The position numbers and the translations under genes are program-made. Of a stretch of DNA of 64,000 nt, positions 34,942-45,040 are shown in pieces. The notes beneath the pieces are model-generated. The model did not search any database. It had not been told where the DNA came from and worked only from the letters and a program-made list of their open reading frames with translations. How positions within the stretch are numbered: position 1 is the first letter of the stretch; each line of letters opens with the position of its first letter. Origin of the DNA: an uncultured bacterium (lineage in GTDB: Bacteria > Krumholzibacteriota > Krumholzibacteriia > LZORAL124-64-63); the NCBI GenBank assembly GCA_963727525.1, contig CAVSGO010000007.1, forward strand, positions 896,001-960,000, in the 5' to 3' direction.

Positions 34942-35912
34942 CCCTGCACCTCCTGCGCGCTGGTCGCTGCGGTCGTGGCGTCCATCTCGGTCGTGGGTTC
35001 CGCGTCGTGGTCTTCACGCATCTGCAGCCAGATCACACCGTGGATCTCCGTCTGGAAGACCGCAACCTGCCCTCGCTTCACCAGTTCGAGGATGGCGATG
35101 AATGTGACGATGACCTCCATCTTGATGGCATCGTCGCGGAAGCAATCCACGAAGCGGACGGTCTCGCTCTCCTGCAGCCGGTCGAGGACCAGGGCGATCT
35201 TCTCCACCACGGTGTAAGGCTCGCGCTTGATCTCGTGCACCGGCCGCGCGCGGACACGATCGAAGATGTCGGCCAGGGCACTGAGCAGATCGTACATCTC
35301 GATCTTCAGCTCCGGCTCCACCTCCACCTCGCCCAGGAACGGGTACCTGGTGGTCCGCAGGTGATACTGCACGCGCTGCTCCTCGCACTCACGCAGCTTG
35401 CCGGCCGCTTCCTTGAAACGCTTGTACTCGAGCAGGCGCTTCACGAGTTCGGCGCGCGGATCGTCCTCCGTTTCCTCCTCGGGCTCGCCGGGCGCCTTCG
35501 GCATGAGCATCTTCATCTTGATCACGAGCAGCGTGGCGGCCATGGCCATGAACTCGCCGGCCATGTCGAGCGACACCATCTGCATGATCTCGATGTGGCG
35601 AATGAATTTGTCGGTGATCCCACTGATGGGGATGTCGTAAATATCGATCTCATCCTTCTGGATGAGATAGAGCAGCAGATCCAGCGGGCCCTGGAAGCCC
35701 GACAGTTCCACCTGGTAAGCGTCGCTGCGCCGGAAGTAGTCGAGTTCGGGCGGCAGGCTCTCGATGTCCCAGCCGGTCGGGTCTGCAGCCGGCATAGGGT
35801 TCGGCTGCTCGGGCGCCAGCTGCTCGGGGTTCGCCTGCTCGCGGGTCGGCTGCTCGGGCGCGGGCGGCTCGAAAGACTGCGGCCGGAATTGATCGTCGCG
35901 GGGTGCGATCAC
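34938..35912 (-). CDS. scpA: Segregation and condensation protein ScpA
   Basis: FQGPLDLLLYLI, DPRAELVKRLLEY, TFIAILEL. Confidence 0.95.
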   Translation of the reverse strand: MIAPRDDQFRPQSFEPPAPEQPTREQANPEQLAPEQPNPMPAADPTGWDIESLPPELDYFRRSDAYQVELSGFQGPLDLLLYLIQKDEIDIYDIPISGITDKFIRHIEIMQMVSLDMAGEFMAMAATLLVIKMKMLMPKAPGEPEEETEDDPRAELVKRLLEYKRFKEAAGKLRECEEQRVQYHLRTTRYPFLGEVEVEPELKIEMYDLLSALADIFDRVRARPVHEIKREPYTVVEKIALVLDRLQESETVRFVDCFRDDAIKMEVIVTFIAILELVKRGQVAVFQTEIHGVIWLQMREDHDAEPTTEMDATTAATSAQEVQG

Positions 35913-35936
35913 GCGGAGCTCCTTCTCTCGATATGT

Positions 35937-36923
35937 CTAGCCGATGCCCATGGCGTCGTGCACGCGGGCGAGCGTCTCGCGCGCCGTGGCGCACGCCTGC
36001 TCGCAACCGTGGTGGATGATCTCGTCGAGGTCGGCGGGTTTCGTCTCGTAGTGTGCGCGTCGCTCGCGCAACGGTGCGAAGTGCTCGACCACGCCCGCGA
36101 GCAGGCGCTTCTTGCAGTCGACGCAGCCGCGGGCGGCCGTGCGGCATTCCATTGCCGTCAGGTCCGCCTCCTCGGGCATGAACTTCTGATACCAGGTATA
36201 GATGGCGCAAACCTCGGGCGTGCCCGGGTCCTCGCGCCGCTTGCGGGCCGGGTCGGTGAACGCCGGCATGAGCTTGGTCTTGATCTCCTCGGGGCTCGCC
36301 GAGATCTCGATGGTGTTCCCGAGGGACTTGCTCATGCGCCGGCCATCGGTACCCGGGAAGCGCGCGAACCTGGTGACGAGCCCGTCCGGTTCGGGAAAGA
36401 CGTCGCCGAAGTGGAAGTTGAAGCGGCGGGCCATCTCGCGCGTGAGTTCCAGGTGCGGGAGCTGGTCCTCGCCCACGGGCACTGCATGGGCGCGGTAGAC
36501 GAGGATGTCGGCGGCCTGCAGCACCGGGTACCCCAGGTGGCCGAAGCTGATCTCGCCTTTCAGGTCGAGGTCCTTGACCTGCTCCTTGAAGGTGGGGTTG
36601 CGCTCGAGCCGGCCCAGGCTGATGTGCATGGCGAGAAGCAGGAACAGCTCGGCATGTTGCTTGACCTGCGACTGGATGAAGAGCACCGAACGCTCGGGAT
36701 CGAGCCCGGCACCTAGCCAGTCGAGAAACATCTCGCGAGTGTTGGTCGGGATCTCGCCCGCCTTGTCGAGCGCCGTGGTGAGGACGTGCCAGTCGGCCAC
36801 CATGAAGTAGCACTGGTACTCGTCCTGGAGGTGGACCCAGTTCTCGAGCGCGCCCGTGTAATTTCCCCAGTGCAGCCGCCCGGTGGGCCGCATCCCGCTG
36901 AGAATGATCTTCTTGGGCGCCAA
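35937..36923 (-). CDS. trpS: Tryptophan--tRNA ligase
   Basis: SGMRPTGRLHWGNY, YPVLQAADIL, VPVGEDQ, MSKS. Confidence 0.97.
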   Translation of the reverse strand: MAPKKIILSGMRPTGRLHWGNYTGALENWVHLQDEYQCYFMVADWHVLTTALDKAGEIPTNTREMFLDWLGAGLDPERSVLFIQSQVKQHAELFLLLAMHISLGRLERNPTFKEQVKDLDLKGEISFGHLGYPVLQAADILVYRAHAVPVGEDQLPHLELTREMARRFNFHFGDVFPEPDGLVTRFARFPGTDGRRMSKSLGNTIEISASPEEIKTKLMPAFTDPARKRREDPGTPEVCAIYTWYQKFMPEEADLTAMECRTAARGCVDCKKRLLAGVVEHFAPLRERRAHYETKPADLDEIIHHGCEQACATARETLARVHDAMGIG

Positions 36924-37053
36924 GGTGTTTCCCCTGAAGGCGAAGGTGTTACGCGAAAACAGCGAGGCGTGGTCGCCGCCATCGCACGCCGCCGGGAAGT
37001 TACCACGGCCAGGGTCGTCTGTCAAAGCGGCGCGTCTGCCAAAGCGGGGTGGT

Positions 37054-37986
37054 TCATCGGCGCGCGCGCCGGGCACCGCGCGCCCGCGGGTGCGCGGCCC
37101 GATAGGCCTCCAGGATATGGGCGCGGTCCACATGCGTGTAGATCTCGGTGGTGGCGAGATCGGCGTGGCCTAGGAGTTCCTGCACCACCCGCAGATCAGC
37201 CCCGCCCTCGAGCAGGTGCGTGGCGTACGTGTGGCGCAGGGTATGGGGTGAGACCCGGCCCGCCAGCCCGGCTGCCATGGCGCCGCGCCTGAGCAGGGTC
37301 CAGACAGACACCCGGGTGAGACGGCCGCCCCGCTGGTTCAGGAAGAGGGCCGCGTTCGGGCGCCGCCCCACGCACGTGCTGCGGCCCCCGTCGAGCCAGG
37401 CCAGGATGGCCGCCAGTGCGGGTCCCCCCACGGGCACGACGCGTTGCTTGCTGCCCTTGCCGCGCACCCGGAGCGTGGCGTCCTGGCGGTCGACGTCGGC
37501 GAGGTCGAGTCCGACGAGCTCGCTCACGCGCACGCCGCTGCCGTAGAGCGTCTCGAGGATGGCCCGGTCGCGCCGATCCACCGGACGGTCGCCCACCACG
37601 CTGGCGAGCAGACGTTCGACCTGGGTCAGGCTCAGCACCGAGGGCAAAGGGCGTCCGGTGCGCGGCGAGAGGAGCGTGGTCGTGGGGTCGGTGGCGGCCA
37701 GGCCCTCGGCCACGAGAAAGCGGAAGAACGAGCGCATCGTCGACAGCAGGCGCGCTCGCGAGCGAGCGGCGAGGTCGCCGGCCGCCGCCAGGAGGAAGGC
37801 GCGCAGATCGTGGTCGCGCAGCATGGCGGGATCGGCATGGCCTGCCTTGACGGCCCACCGTCGCAGGCGGGCCAGGTCGCGCTGGTAGGCCTGCAGCGTG
37901 TTCGTCGCGAGTCCCTTCTCGGCCGCGACGTGCACGGTGAAGGCGTCGAGGGCACGGTCCCAGGCCGGCATCGCTGCGGCGGTCAT
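37054..37986 (-). CDS. xerD: Tyrosine recombinase XerD
   Basis: RDRAILETLYGSGVRVSEL, GKGSKQR, SPHTLRH...LLGH..TTEIYTHV. Confidence 0.85.
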   Translation of the reverse strand: MTAAAMPAWDRALDAFTVHVAAEKGLATNTLQAYQRDLARLRRWAVKAGHADPAMLRDHDLRAFLLAAAGDLAARSRARLLSTMRSFFRFLVAEGLAATDPTTTLLSPRTGRPLPSVLSLTQVERLLASVVGDRPVDRRDRAILETLYGSGVRVSELVGLDLADVDRQDATLRVRGKGSKQRVVPVGGPALAAILAWLDGGRSTCVGRRPNAALFLNQRGGRLTRVSVWTLLRRGAMAAGLAGRVSPHTLRHTYATHLLEGGADLRVVQELLGHADLATTEIYTHVDRAHILEAYRAAHPRARGARRARR

Positions 37987-39875
37987 GAGGCACCTCCGGC
38001 CTGCGGATGCTCGGCGAAGTAGACGAGCACGTTCTGCACGTCGTGCCGGTTGAGGCCGCGCACCGTCTGCAGGTCGTTGGCCGTGGCCGTGCGCATGCGC
38101 GCCACCGAGCCGAAATGGTGGAGCAGGGCCAGCTTCTTCACCCGGCCGATGCCCGGGATGCGATCCAGCTCGCTCGCCGTGGTGCGCTGGTCGCGCAGCA
38201 GGCGATGGTACGTGATGGCGAAACGGTGCGCCTCGTCGCGCACGCGCTGCAGGAGCTTGATAGCCTCGCTCGTGCGCGGCAACTTCAGCTCGCCGTCGAG
38301 GCGTACGATCGTCTCCTCGCGCTTGGCGAGCCCGATGACCTCGGCGTCGGCGAATCCGTGATGGTCGAGTACCGCTCGCGCGCGGCCGAGCTGTCCAATG
38401 CCGCCGTCGATCACCGTGAGGTCGGCCGGACGCTCCTCTTTCTCCACGAGTCGGCGGCAGAAACGCGTGAGCACCTCCTCCATGCTCGCGAAGTCATCGA
38501 TGCCCGCGACGGTGCGGATGCGGAAGCGCCGGTACCGCGACTTGAGCGGCACGCCGCCCTTGAACCACACCATCGACGCCACGGTCTCCCGGCCCTGGAA
38601 GTTGCTGATGTCGAAGCAGGCGATGGTCTCGGGCACCTTGCGCAGGCCGAGGCTCTCGGCGAGCTGCATGTCGGCCGGGGTGACGCGGCGGCGCGCTGCC
38701 TGCACCCCCGCCGCGAGCGCATGCTCGCGCAGCTTGAAGGCGGCATTGGCCAGCGCCATCTCCACCGCTTCCCGCTTCGCGCCGCGTTGCGGCACCGCGA
38801 GCTGCACGGGTTGGCCGCGCAGCCGTGCGAGCCAGTCGGCGAAGGTGGGCAGGTCGTCGATCGCGTGCGAGAGCAGTACGGTGGGAGCGATGTCGCCGGC
38901 GCGCGGAAAGTACTCGCGCAGGAGCTGGGCCACGAAGTCGGGCGTGGGCGAATCGTGGACGTCGCGTAGCAAAAAGTGATGCGTGGTGAGGATGCGTCCC
39001 TGGCGCACGCGCAGCACGACGCCGCAGGCATCCTGGCCATCGCGCGCGAGGCCGCAGACGTCGAGATCGGCGGCGATGCCCGGCAGCTTGCGGCTGCGGG
39101 CCACCGTGGTGCGCAGCTTGGCCAGGCGATCGCGCAGCCGCGCCGCGGCCTCGAACTCCAGGTCGGCGGCGAGGTCGCCCATCTCCCGTTCGAGGTCGGC
39201 AATCACGCTGGCGTCCCGGCCGTCGAGGAAATCGACGAAGCGCCGCACCTGGCGGCCGTAGGCCTTGTCGTCGACGAAGGCCACGCAGGGCGCCGTGCAG
39301 CGGCCAATCTGGTAGTCGAGGCAGGGGCGATCGACGGCGGCGTCGGGCAGCTCGAGGCTGCAGGTGCGCACCTGGAAGAACCCGGCCGCGAACTTCATGG
39401 TCTCGCGCATCGACCGCACGTCGGTGAAGGGCCCGAAGTAGCGCGCGCCGTCTCGCGCCATGCGGCGGGCGACGCCGATCCTGGGAAACGGCTCGCCCAG
39501 GGAGATGCGCAGGTACGGATACCGCTTATCGTCCTTGAGGCGGACGTTGTAGCGCGGCTTGTACTCCTTGATGAGCTGATCCTCGAGCACGAGGGCGTCG
39601 GTCTCGGTCTCGGTGGCGATGTAGTCGAAATCGTGGATCCGCTTGACCAGGGCCCGGGTCTTTGGGTCGCGATCGGGCAGGTCCTGGAAGTACGAGCGCA
39701 CACGGGCGTTGAGCCGTTTGGCCTTGCCCACATAGAGGACCTTGCCCCGGGCGTCCTTGTGCAGGTACACGCCGGGGGCCGCGGGCAGGAGCCGGACCTT
39801 CGCCAGCAGATGCTCCGCGACGGCCGGATCTGCCGACGGGGTCGGGGGTTGGGGCTGCTGGTCGTCACTTGACAT
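37983..39875 (-). CDS. uvrC: Excinuclease ABC subunit C
   Basis: PGVY..YVGKAK, KDDKRYPY, FDIS, IDGG.GQ, RDEAHRFA, HhH. Confidence 0.97.
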   Translation of the reverse strand: MSSDDQQPQPPTPSADPAVAEHLLAKVRLLPAAPGVYLHKDARGKVLYVGKAKRLNARVRSYFQDLPDRDPKTRALVKRIHDFDYIATETETDALVLEDQLIKEYKPRYNVRLKDDKRYPYLRISLGEPFPRIGVARRMARDGARYFGPFTDVRSMRETMKFAAGFFQVRTCSLELPDAAVDRPCLDYQIGRCTAPCVAFVDDKAYGRQVRRFVDFLDGRDASVIADLEREMGDLAADLEFEAAARLRDRLAKLRTTVARSRKLPGIAADLDVCGLARDGQDACGVVLRVRQGRILTTHHFLLRDVHDSPTPDFVAQLLREYFPRAGDIAPTVLLSHAIDDLPTFADWLARLRGQPVQLAVPQRGAKREAVEMALANAAFKLREHALAAGVQAARRRVTPADMQLAESLGLRKVPETIACFDISNFQGRETVASMVWFKGGVPLKSRYRRFRIRTVAGIDDFASMEEVLTRFCRRLVEKEERPADLTVIDGGIGQLGRARAVLDHHGFADAEVIGLAKREETIVRLDGELKLPRTSEAIKLLQRVRDEAHRFAITYHRLLRDQRTTASELDRIPGIGRVKKLALLHHFGSVARMRTATANDLQTVRGLNRHDVQNVLVYFAEHPQAGGAS

Positions 39876-39930
39876 GGTGCGTCCGTCCGGTTACCTTCCT
39901 TGACCTGTGAATCTAACGGAGGTCAAGGTC

Positions 39931-40179
39931 TTGCCGCATCACAAGAGTTGCAAGAAGCGACTGAAGACGAGTCTGGAGCGTCGCGAGCGCAATCGGCAGA
40001 ATCGTGCCAACATGCGCACCGAGGTGAAGAGTTTCCGCACCGGTTCCAACGGGGAGGAACGCCAGGCCCAGTTGCCGCTGATGTACAGCCTGCTCGACGT
40101 GCAGGTGCGCAAGGGTGTCATGCCCAAGAAGCGCGCTTCGCGCCTGAAGAGCCGGCTCGCCGCACTCGCGCAGAAGTAG
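39931..40179 (+). CDS. rpsT: 30S ribosomal protein S20
   Basis: PHHKSCKKRL...RNR...KGV..K.ASRLKSRL; TTG start with GGAGGT RBS. Confidence 0.93.
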   Translation: MPHHKSCKKRLKTSLERRERNRQNRANMRTEVKSFRTGSNGEERQAQLPLMYSLLDVQVRKGVMPKKRASRLKSRLAALAQK

Positions 40180-40216
40180 CCGGCTCGGAAGGTGTTCTCG
40201 CGCTCCGCGAGTTTCC

Positions 40217-40246
40217 GGGGTGTGTCGGACGACACACCCCCCTTTT
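40217..40246 (+). terminator. Rho-independent terminator after rpsT
   Basis: GGGGTGTGTC-GGAC-GACACACCCC-CTTTTT. Confidence 0.9.
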
Positions 40247-40276
40247 TGTGCCTACCGAATCCGTGTGCCTGCTCAT

Positions 40277-41020
40277 TCAGCTCTGTTGTGCGAGATCAGT
40301 GAGCACGTCGGTCACCCCGTAGAACCCGGGCGTGCGCCCGTGTACGAACCGCACGGCCGGCAGGACGCCGCGCAGGAACGCCCGCCGCGAGTGCGCGCGG
40401 TGGGACACCTGCAGCGTCTCCTCCTCGTCGGCCACGGTCCAAGCGTGCTCGCCGATCACGCCGCCGACGCGCAGCGAGTGTGTGGGCGGCGGGTCGCCTC
40501 CGCGGATGCTGCGCCAACCGTCGGCGAGCCAGCGCGCGGTGCCGCTCGGGCGATCGCGCTTCGTGTGGTGGTGGATCTCCACCTGCTCCGCGTCGAAACC
40601 CGAGGGCAAGGTGCGCGCGAGGAGGCGCAGCACGAGCTGGAGCGCGGGAATGCCGACGCTGAAGTTGCTCGCCTGCACGACGGGCCAGCGTGCGGCATAG
40701 TCGCGCAGATCGGCCCACTGCGCGGCGTCGAAGCCCGTGGTGCCGACCACGAGGGCCGCCTCGACCGCCGACCCCTGATCGAGCAATCCCGCCAGGGCCG
40801 ACGCGAGCGAGAAATCGATGATCACGCCACCAGGCGGGTGCACGGCAGCGAGCCGGTCCTGGCCGGTCACCGGTAGCGTCGGATGCAGGGTGCCGGCAGG
40901 TCGTTCCCTTCCCGTCTCGGTGATCAGGGCGACGAGTTCGCAGTCGGGCGCGGCCGCCACGAGGTCGGTGACGAGCCGACCCATGCGCCCCTCGGCGCCG
41001 TGCACTGTGACGGGGATCAT
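40277..41020 (-). CDS. dapB: 4-hydroxy-tetrahydrodipicolinate reductase
   Basis: GAEGRMG, IDFS, VGTTG, NFSVG, EIHHHTKRDRPSGTA. Confidence 0.94.
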   Translation of the reverse strand: MIPVTVHGAEGRMGRLVTDLVAAAPDCELVALITETGRERPAGTLHPTLPVTGQDRLAAVHPPGGVIIDFSLASALAGLLDQGSAVEAALVVGTTGFDAAQWADLRDYAARWPVVQASNFSVGIPALQLVLRLLARTLPSGFDAEQVEIHHHTKRDRPSGTARWLADGWRSIRGGDPPPTHSLRVGGVIGEHAWTVADEEETLQVSHRAHSRRAFLRGVLPAVRFVHGRTPGFYGVTDVLTDLAQQS

Positions 41021-41943
41021 GCGTCCGCCTCCCCATCCTTGGCCATGAGCGCGGCGAGGTGGGACTCGTAGAACTGCACTAGGAAGCTGAGGCTGTCCTC
41101 CGTCACCGACACCAGCGGCAATCGAAGATCGCGCCGGCAGAGCCCCGCCAGGGCCAGCAGTTCCTTCAACGGGGCGGGGTTCGTCTCGACGAAGCAGGCC
41201 CGGCCGACCCGGTCCAGGCGCCGCGCGAGCGCCCAGGCACGCGTGATGTCGCCGTCGCTCCACGCCTGCCACATCGCCACGAGGGTGCGCGGGAGCAGGT
41301 TGCTCACCACGCTCACGGCGCCGCGACCGCCGAGTCCGAAGATCGCGAAGTTCAGGCCGTCATCGCCCGAGAACACCTGCAGGTGGGCGTGCTCGATGGT
41401 CTGCTCGATCTGCAGCAGATTGCCGGAGGCCTCCTTGATCGCCACGATGTTCGGCTCGGCGGCGAGAGTGGTGGCTGTCTCGGGTAGCAGGTTGCAGGCC
41501 GTGCGGCCCGGCACGTTGTAGAGCATGATCGGGATGTCCACGGCACGCGCCACTGCACGGTAGTGCGCCACCAGGCCGTGTTGCTGCGGCTTGTTGTAGT
41601 AGGGCGTGATGAGCATCGCAGCGTCGGCGCCCCAGCTCTTGACGTCGCGCGTCGCGGCGATCGTGCTCGCCGTGGCGTTGGTGCCGGCTCCAGCGATCAC
41701 CAGGCAGCGTCCGCGGCAGATGTCGACGGCGCTGCGTACGAGGAACTCGCGCTCGTCGGCCGTGAGGGTGGCGGCCTCGCCCGTGCATCCCACGGGGACG
41801 ACTCCCGCGACGCCGGCCGCCGCCTGGCGTTCCACGAGCCGCTGCCAGGTCGCGCGGTCGACCTGCCCGTCGGCGAAGGGCGTGACCAGCGCGGTGTAGA
41901 CGCCCTCGCGCATCGTCCACTTTCGAGACATCGTGTCAGACAT
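41017..41943 (-). CDS. dapA: 4-hydroxy-tetrahydrodipicolinate synthase
   Basis: TALVTPF, GCTGE, PYYNKP, LYNVPGRT, IKEASG. Confidence 0.96.
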   Translation of the reverse strand: MSDTMSRKWTMREGVYTALVTPFADGQVDRATWQRLVERQAAAGVAGVVPVGCTGEAATLTADEREFLVRSAVDICRGRCLVIAGAGTNATASTIAATRDVKSWGADAAMLITPYYNKPQQHGLVAHYRAVARAVDIPIMLYNVPGRTACNLLPETATTLAAEPNIVAIKEASGNLLQIEQTIEHAHLQVFSGDDGLNFAIFGLGGRGAVSVVSNLLPRTLVAMWQAWSDGDITRAWALARRLDRVGRACFVETNPAPLKELLALAGLCRRDLRLPLVSVTEDSLSFLVQFYESHLAALMAKDGEADA

Positions 41944-42748
41944 CGGCTGCCACCTCTCCGCGAAATGCGACCACGGCCGGCCCCCTCAGGTGCAGGCCTC
42001 GGGTCGCGAGGTCCACCGTCACTTGCAATTCGTCGCCGCCGCGGGTGCGCAGGGTCACGGGCGACGCGGCCATACCCAGGCTGCAGAGCACCACGGCGGT
42101 GGCCGAGGCGCCCGTGCCGCAGGCCAGGGTCTCGGCCTCGACTCCCCGTTCGTAGGTACGCAAGCGCCACGGCCCCGCGGGATGCGGCCGCTCGACCCAG
42201 TTCACGTTCGTGCCCGCCGGCTGGAAGGCATCGTGGAAACGGAGCCGACGTCCGTCCGCCGCCACGTCGACCACGTCCACGTCGGCCACCGGGATCACCA
42301 GGTGGGGCACGCCCGTGTGGCAGCCATGGTGCGCCGGATACGGCGACCCCGCCACTGGCAGGTCGAGGCGCAGGTCGCGCCAGCCACCAAGGCTCACCTC
42401 GACGCGTCCGGGCGCCAGGAGTTCGCCCTCGTGCGCACCGGCGCGGCTCAGGAAGCGGCACCGCGCGCCGGCCATGCCGCGCGCATGGGCGAACGCCACG
42501 CTGCAACGCGCACCGTTGCCGCACATCTCGGCCTCGCCGCCGTCGGCATTGTAGTAGGTCATGCGAAAATCAGCCTCGTCCACGGGCTCCACGACGATGA
42601 GCCCGTCGGCACCGATCCCGCATCGACGGTCGCACAGCGCGGCGATGCGTGCGCGGTCGAGACCGGCCGCGGGCAGGTCGTCGCCGGCGATCATGATGAA
42701 GTCGTTCCCGGCACCGTGCATCTTCGTGAAAGGCATCCCGCTGCTCAT
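41936..42748 (-). CDS. dapF: Diaminopimelate epimerase
   Basis: KMHGAGNDF, EMCGNGARC, ERGVE.ETLACGTG. Confidence 0.96.
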   Translation of the reverse strand: MSSGMPFTKMHGAGNDFIMIAGDDLPAAGLDRARIAALCDRRCGIGADGLIVVEPVDEADFRMTYYNADGGEAEMCGNGARCSVAFAHARGMAGARCRFLSRAGAHEGELLAPGRVEVSLGGWRDLRLDLPVAGSPYPAHHGCHTGVPHLVIPVADVDVVDVAADGRRLRFHDAFQPAGTNVNWVERPHPAGPWRLRTYERGVEAETLACGTGASATAVVLCSLGMAASPVTLRTRGGDELQVTVDLATRGLHLRGPAVVAFRGEVAADV

Positions 42749-43968
42749 CGCTCCCCTCCGTCCGGAAGCGGCGCCGCGGCGGTCGAGTCCGGCTGCGCCG
42801 CCAGGGAATCGGCTGCCACCGCCAGCGGCGACGCCCACGGCGTCAGCGTATCCGGCCACACCGGCGAGGGGAAGCGCGTCGTGAGCCCCGGCTCAACCGT
42901 GAGGGAGTCCACCAGGGCCCAGGGTTCGAGTACCCAGGCCCCCAGGGTGTCGCCGGGCACGGCGGGCATCGCCGAGAGCGCGCTGTCGGCATCGACATCG
43001 ACAAAGAACACCGCGCGCACAAGCCCCGGACCGGCCCTGGGGATCTCGACGACACCGGTGTCCGGCACCACGGCCGCCGGCGTACCGCCCCGCGCCACGG
43101 GCCCGGGAGCCCAGCCCGTGTCGCTATCCGCGATCTTGAGCACGAAGGCGAGCACGGACCCCGGCCAGGCCGGCCGGCCAGCCAGGCGACCACGGAGCTG
43201 CCCCGGCGCGTTCGGATCGTAGACCGCGGTGACGCCCAGGTCGATCGACGGGGCGGCCACCGTCACGCGCACCGTGTCCGGCAGCAGCCGCTGCGCTTCG
43301 TTGTCAGCCGGCCGCCGGTCGTGATTCGCGTCCGCGAACGCCCGCACGAGATAGGGCCCGCCGGGTACAGGTAGCCAAGGGAACCGGAACGTACCCGCGC
43401 TGTCGGTCACGGCGCGGCGCAGCAGGGGCTGCTGGAAGTAGCGCAGCGACTCCGGGGGCACGGAGAAGAGCTCGATCACGCCGTCGGCGAGCGGTTTGTT
43501 GTCCTTGACCAGGCTGCCGGTGATCACGCCGACGGGCAGCGAGTCGGCCGTGGCCACGGCCCAGGTGCGCCCGTGCACCAGCGGCACGCCGTGGGCGTCC
43601 TTGAGCGACGGCATCAGCTCGAAGACCACGACGGTATCGGACGGCAGCGGCGTCTCGAGCGTGACGGTGGCCTCGCGCGCCCCGTGCCAGCTCGTCTTCT
43701 GCGCCGTGATGCGAGGATAGAGCGAGAGCCAGCGGAAGGCGTCTTGCCGGTCCATCTTCTCGCTGAAAGTGAACCGCAGCGTCTGCAGATCGCGCAACGC
43801 CACCTGGTCGGAATCCGGACTGGCCGCCATCAGCCATGGCGGTGTGCGGTCCATCGGTCCCCCGGGCGGCGCCTGGGGGTCGGCGCATGCGAGGCAGAGG
43901 GCGAGGCCACCGAGGCCGATCACCAGGCCCAGCGTGCGTCCGCGTGCGTATGCGCGCCCAGGCAGCAT
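42745..43968 (-). CDS. Ig-like (Big_5) domain lipoprotein
   Basis: Lipobox LAC, CA...PPGGPMDRTPP, FSEKM pattern. Confidence 0.75.
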   Translation of the reverse strand: MLPGRAYARGRTLGLVIGLGGLALCLACADPQAPPGGPMDRTPPWLMAASPDSDQVALRDLQTLRFTFSEKMDRQDAFRWLSLYPRITAQKTSWHGAREATVTLETPLPSDTVVVFELMPSLKDAHGVPLVHGRTWAVATADSLPVGVITGSLVKDNKPLADGVIELFSVPPESLRYFQQPLLRRAVTDSAGTFRFPWLPVPGGPYLVRAFADANHDRRPADNEAQRLLPDTVRVTVAAPSIDLGVTAVYDPNAPGQLRGRLAGRPAWPGSVLAFVLKIADSDTGWAPGPVARGGTPAAVVPDTGVVEIPRAGPGLVRAVFFVDVDADSALSAMPAVPGDTLGAWVLEPWALVDSLTVEPGLTTRFPSPVWPDTLTPWASPLAVAADSLAAQPDSTAAAPLPDGGER

Positions 43969-43975
43969 CGGCCTC

Positions 43976-44893
43976 CTACTTCAGGAACGTGGCCAGGATG
44001 GCGCGTTGCGCATGCAACCGGTTCTCCGCCTCGTCATACACGGCCGAATGCGGACCGTCGATGACCTCGTCCGTGATCTCCTCGCCGCGGTGGGCCGGCA
44101 GACAGTGCATCACGATGTGGTCGGGATGGGCCGCCGCCAGGAGCTGCGACGTGATCTGGAAACCCTGGAAATCCTGACGCCTCTTCGCCGCCTCGGCCTC
44201 CTGGCCCATGCTGTAATACGAGTCGCTGTAGATCACGTGCGCACCGGCCACCGCCTCCGCCGGATCGTTCATGACGCAGAAGCTGGCGCCCCTGGCCTCG
44301 GCGTTCTGGAGGATGGCCTCGTCGGGGTCGTAGCCGGCAGGGCAGGCGAGCACGAAATTGAACGGGAACACACAGGCCGCGTTGAGCCAGCTATGCGCCA
44401 GGTTGTTGCCGTCGCCCACCATGACGACGGTCTTGTCGTCGATCGAACCGAGGCGTTCTTCCACGGTCATGATGTCGGCCATCACCTGGCAGGGATGCAG
44501 CAGGTCGGTGAGACCGTTGATGACGGGCACCGTGGCGTGCTCGGCGAGCTCGACGACTTCCTGGTGATCGAACCAGCGGATCATGATGCCGTCGACGAAG
44601 CGGCTGAGCACCCGGGCGACGTCCTTCACGGACTCGCGCGCGCCCATGCCGATCTCCTTGTCCGTGATGAAGAGCGAGTTGCCGCCGAGTTGCCGGATTG
44701 CCACCTCGAAACTGATCCGCGTGCGCAAGCTGGGTTTGGCGAACACGCAGGCGAGTTGACGGCCGGGATGGGTCGGCGCCAGGGCGTGCTGGCGCGCCGG
44801 TGGTTTCTGCCGGCGGGCGAGGTCGAGGATGGCGCGTAGCTCGGCGAGGCTGAAATCGTCGATGCGCAGGAAGTCCTTCTTGCTCGGGCTCAT
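43976..44893 (-). CDS. argF: Ornithine carbamoyltransferase
   Basis: KPSLRTR, HPCQ, SMG, HCLPAHRGEE, AENRLH. Confidence 0.94.
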   Translation of the reverse strand: MSPSKKDFLRIDDFSLAELRAILDLARRQKPPARQHALAPTHPGRQLACVFAKPSLRTRISFEVAIRQLGGNSLFITDKEIGMGARESVKDVARVLSRFVDGIMIRWFDHQEVVELAEHATVPVINGLTDLLHPCQVMADIMTVEERLGSIDDKTVVMVGDGNNLAHSWLNAACVFPFNFVLACPAGYDPDEAILQNAEARGASFCVMNDPAEAVAGAHVIYSDSYYSMGQEAEAAKRRQDFQGFQITSQLLAAAHPDHIVMHCLPAHRGEEITDEVIDGPHSAVYDEAENRLHAQRAILATFLK

Positions 44894-45040
44894 GCTCGCT
44901 CCTTGGGACCGCCGCCCGGCGGGCGCGGCGCGCTGATTCTCTGCGTCGGGACACCGCGGCGCCACCGGCGCCATCTCGAATGGCCCCAAGATAGCAGGCG
45001 GGACGGGCAAGTCCACAGAGATCCGGGTCCCGCCGCCCCG

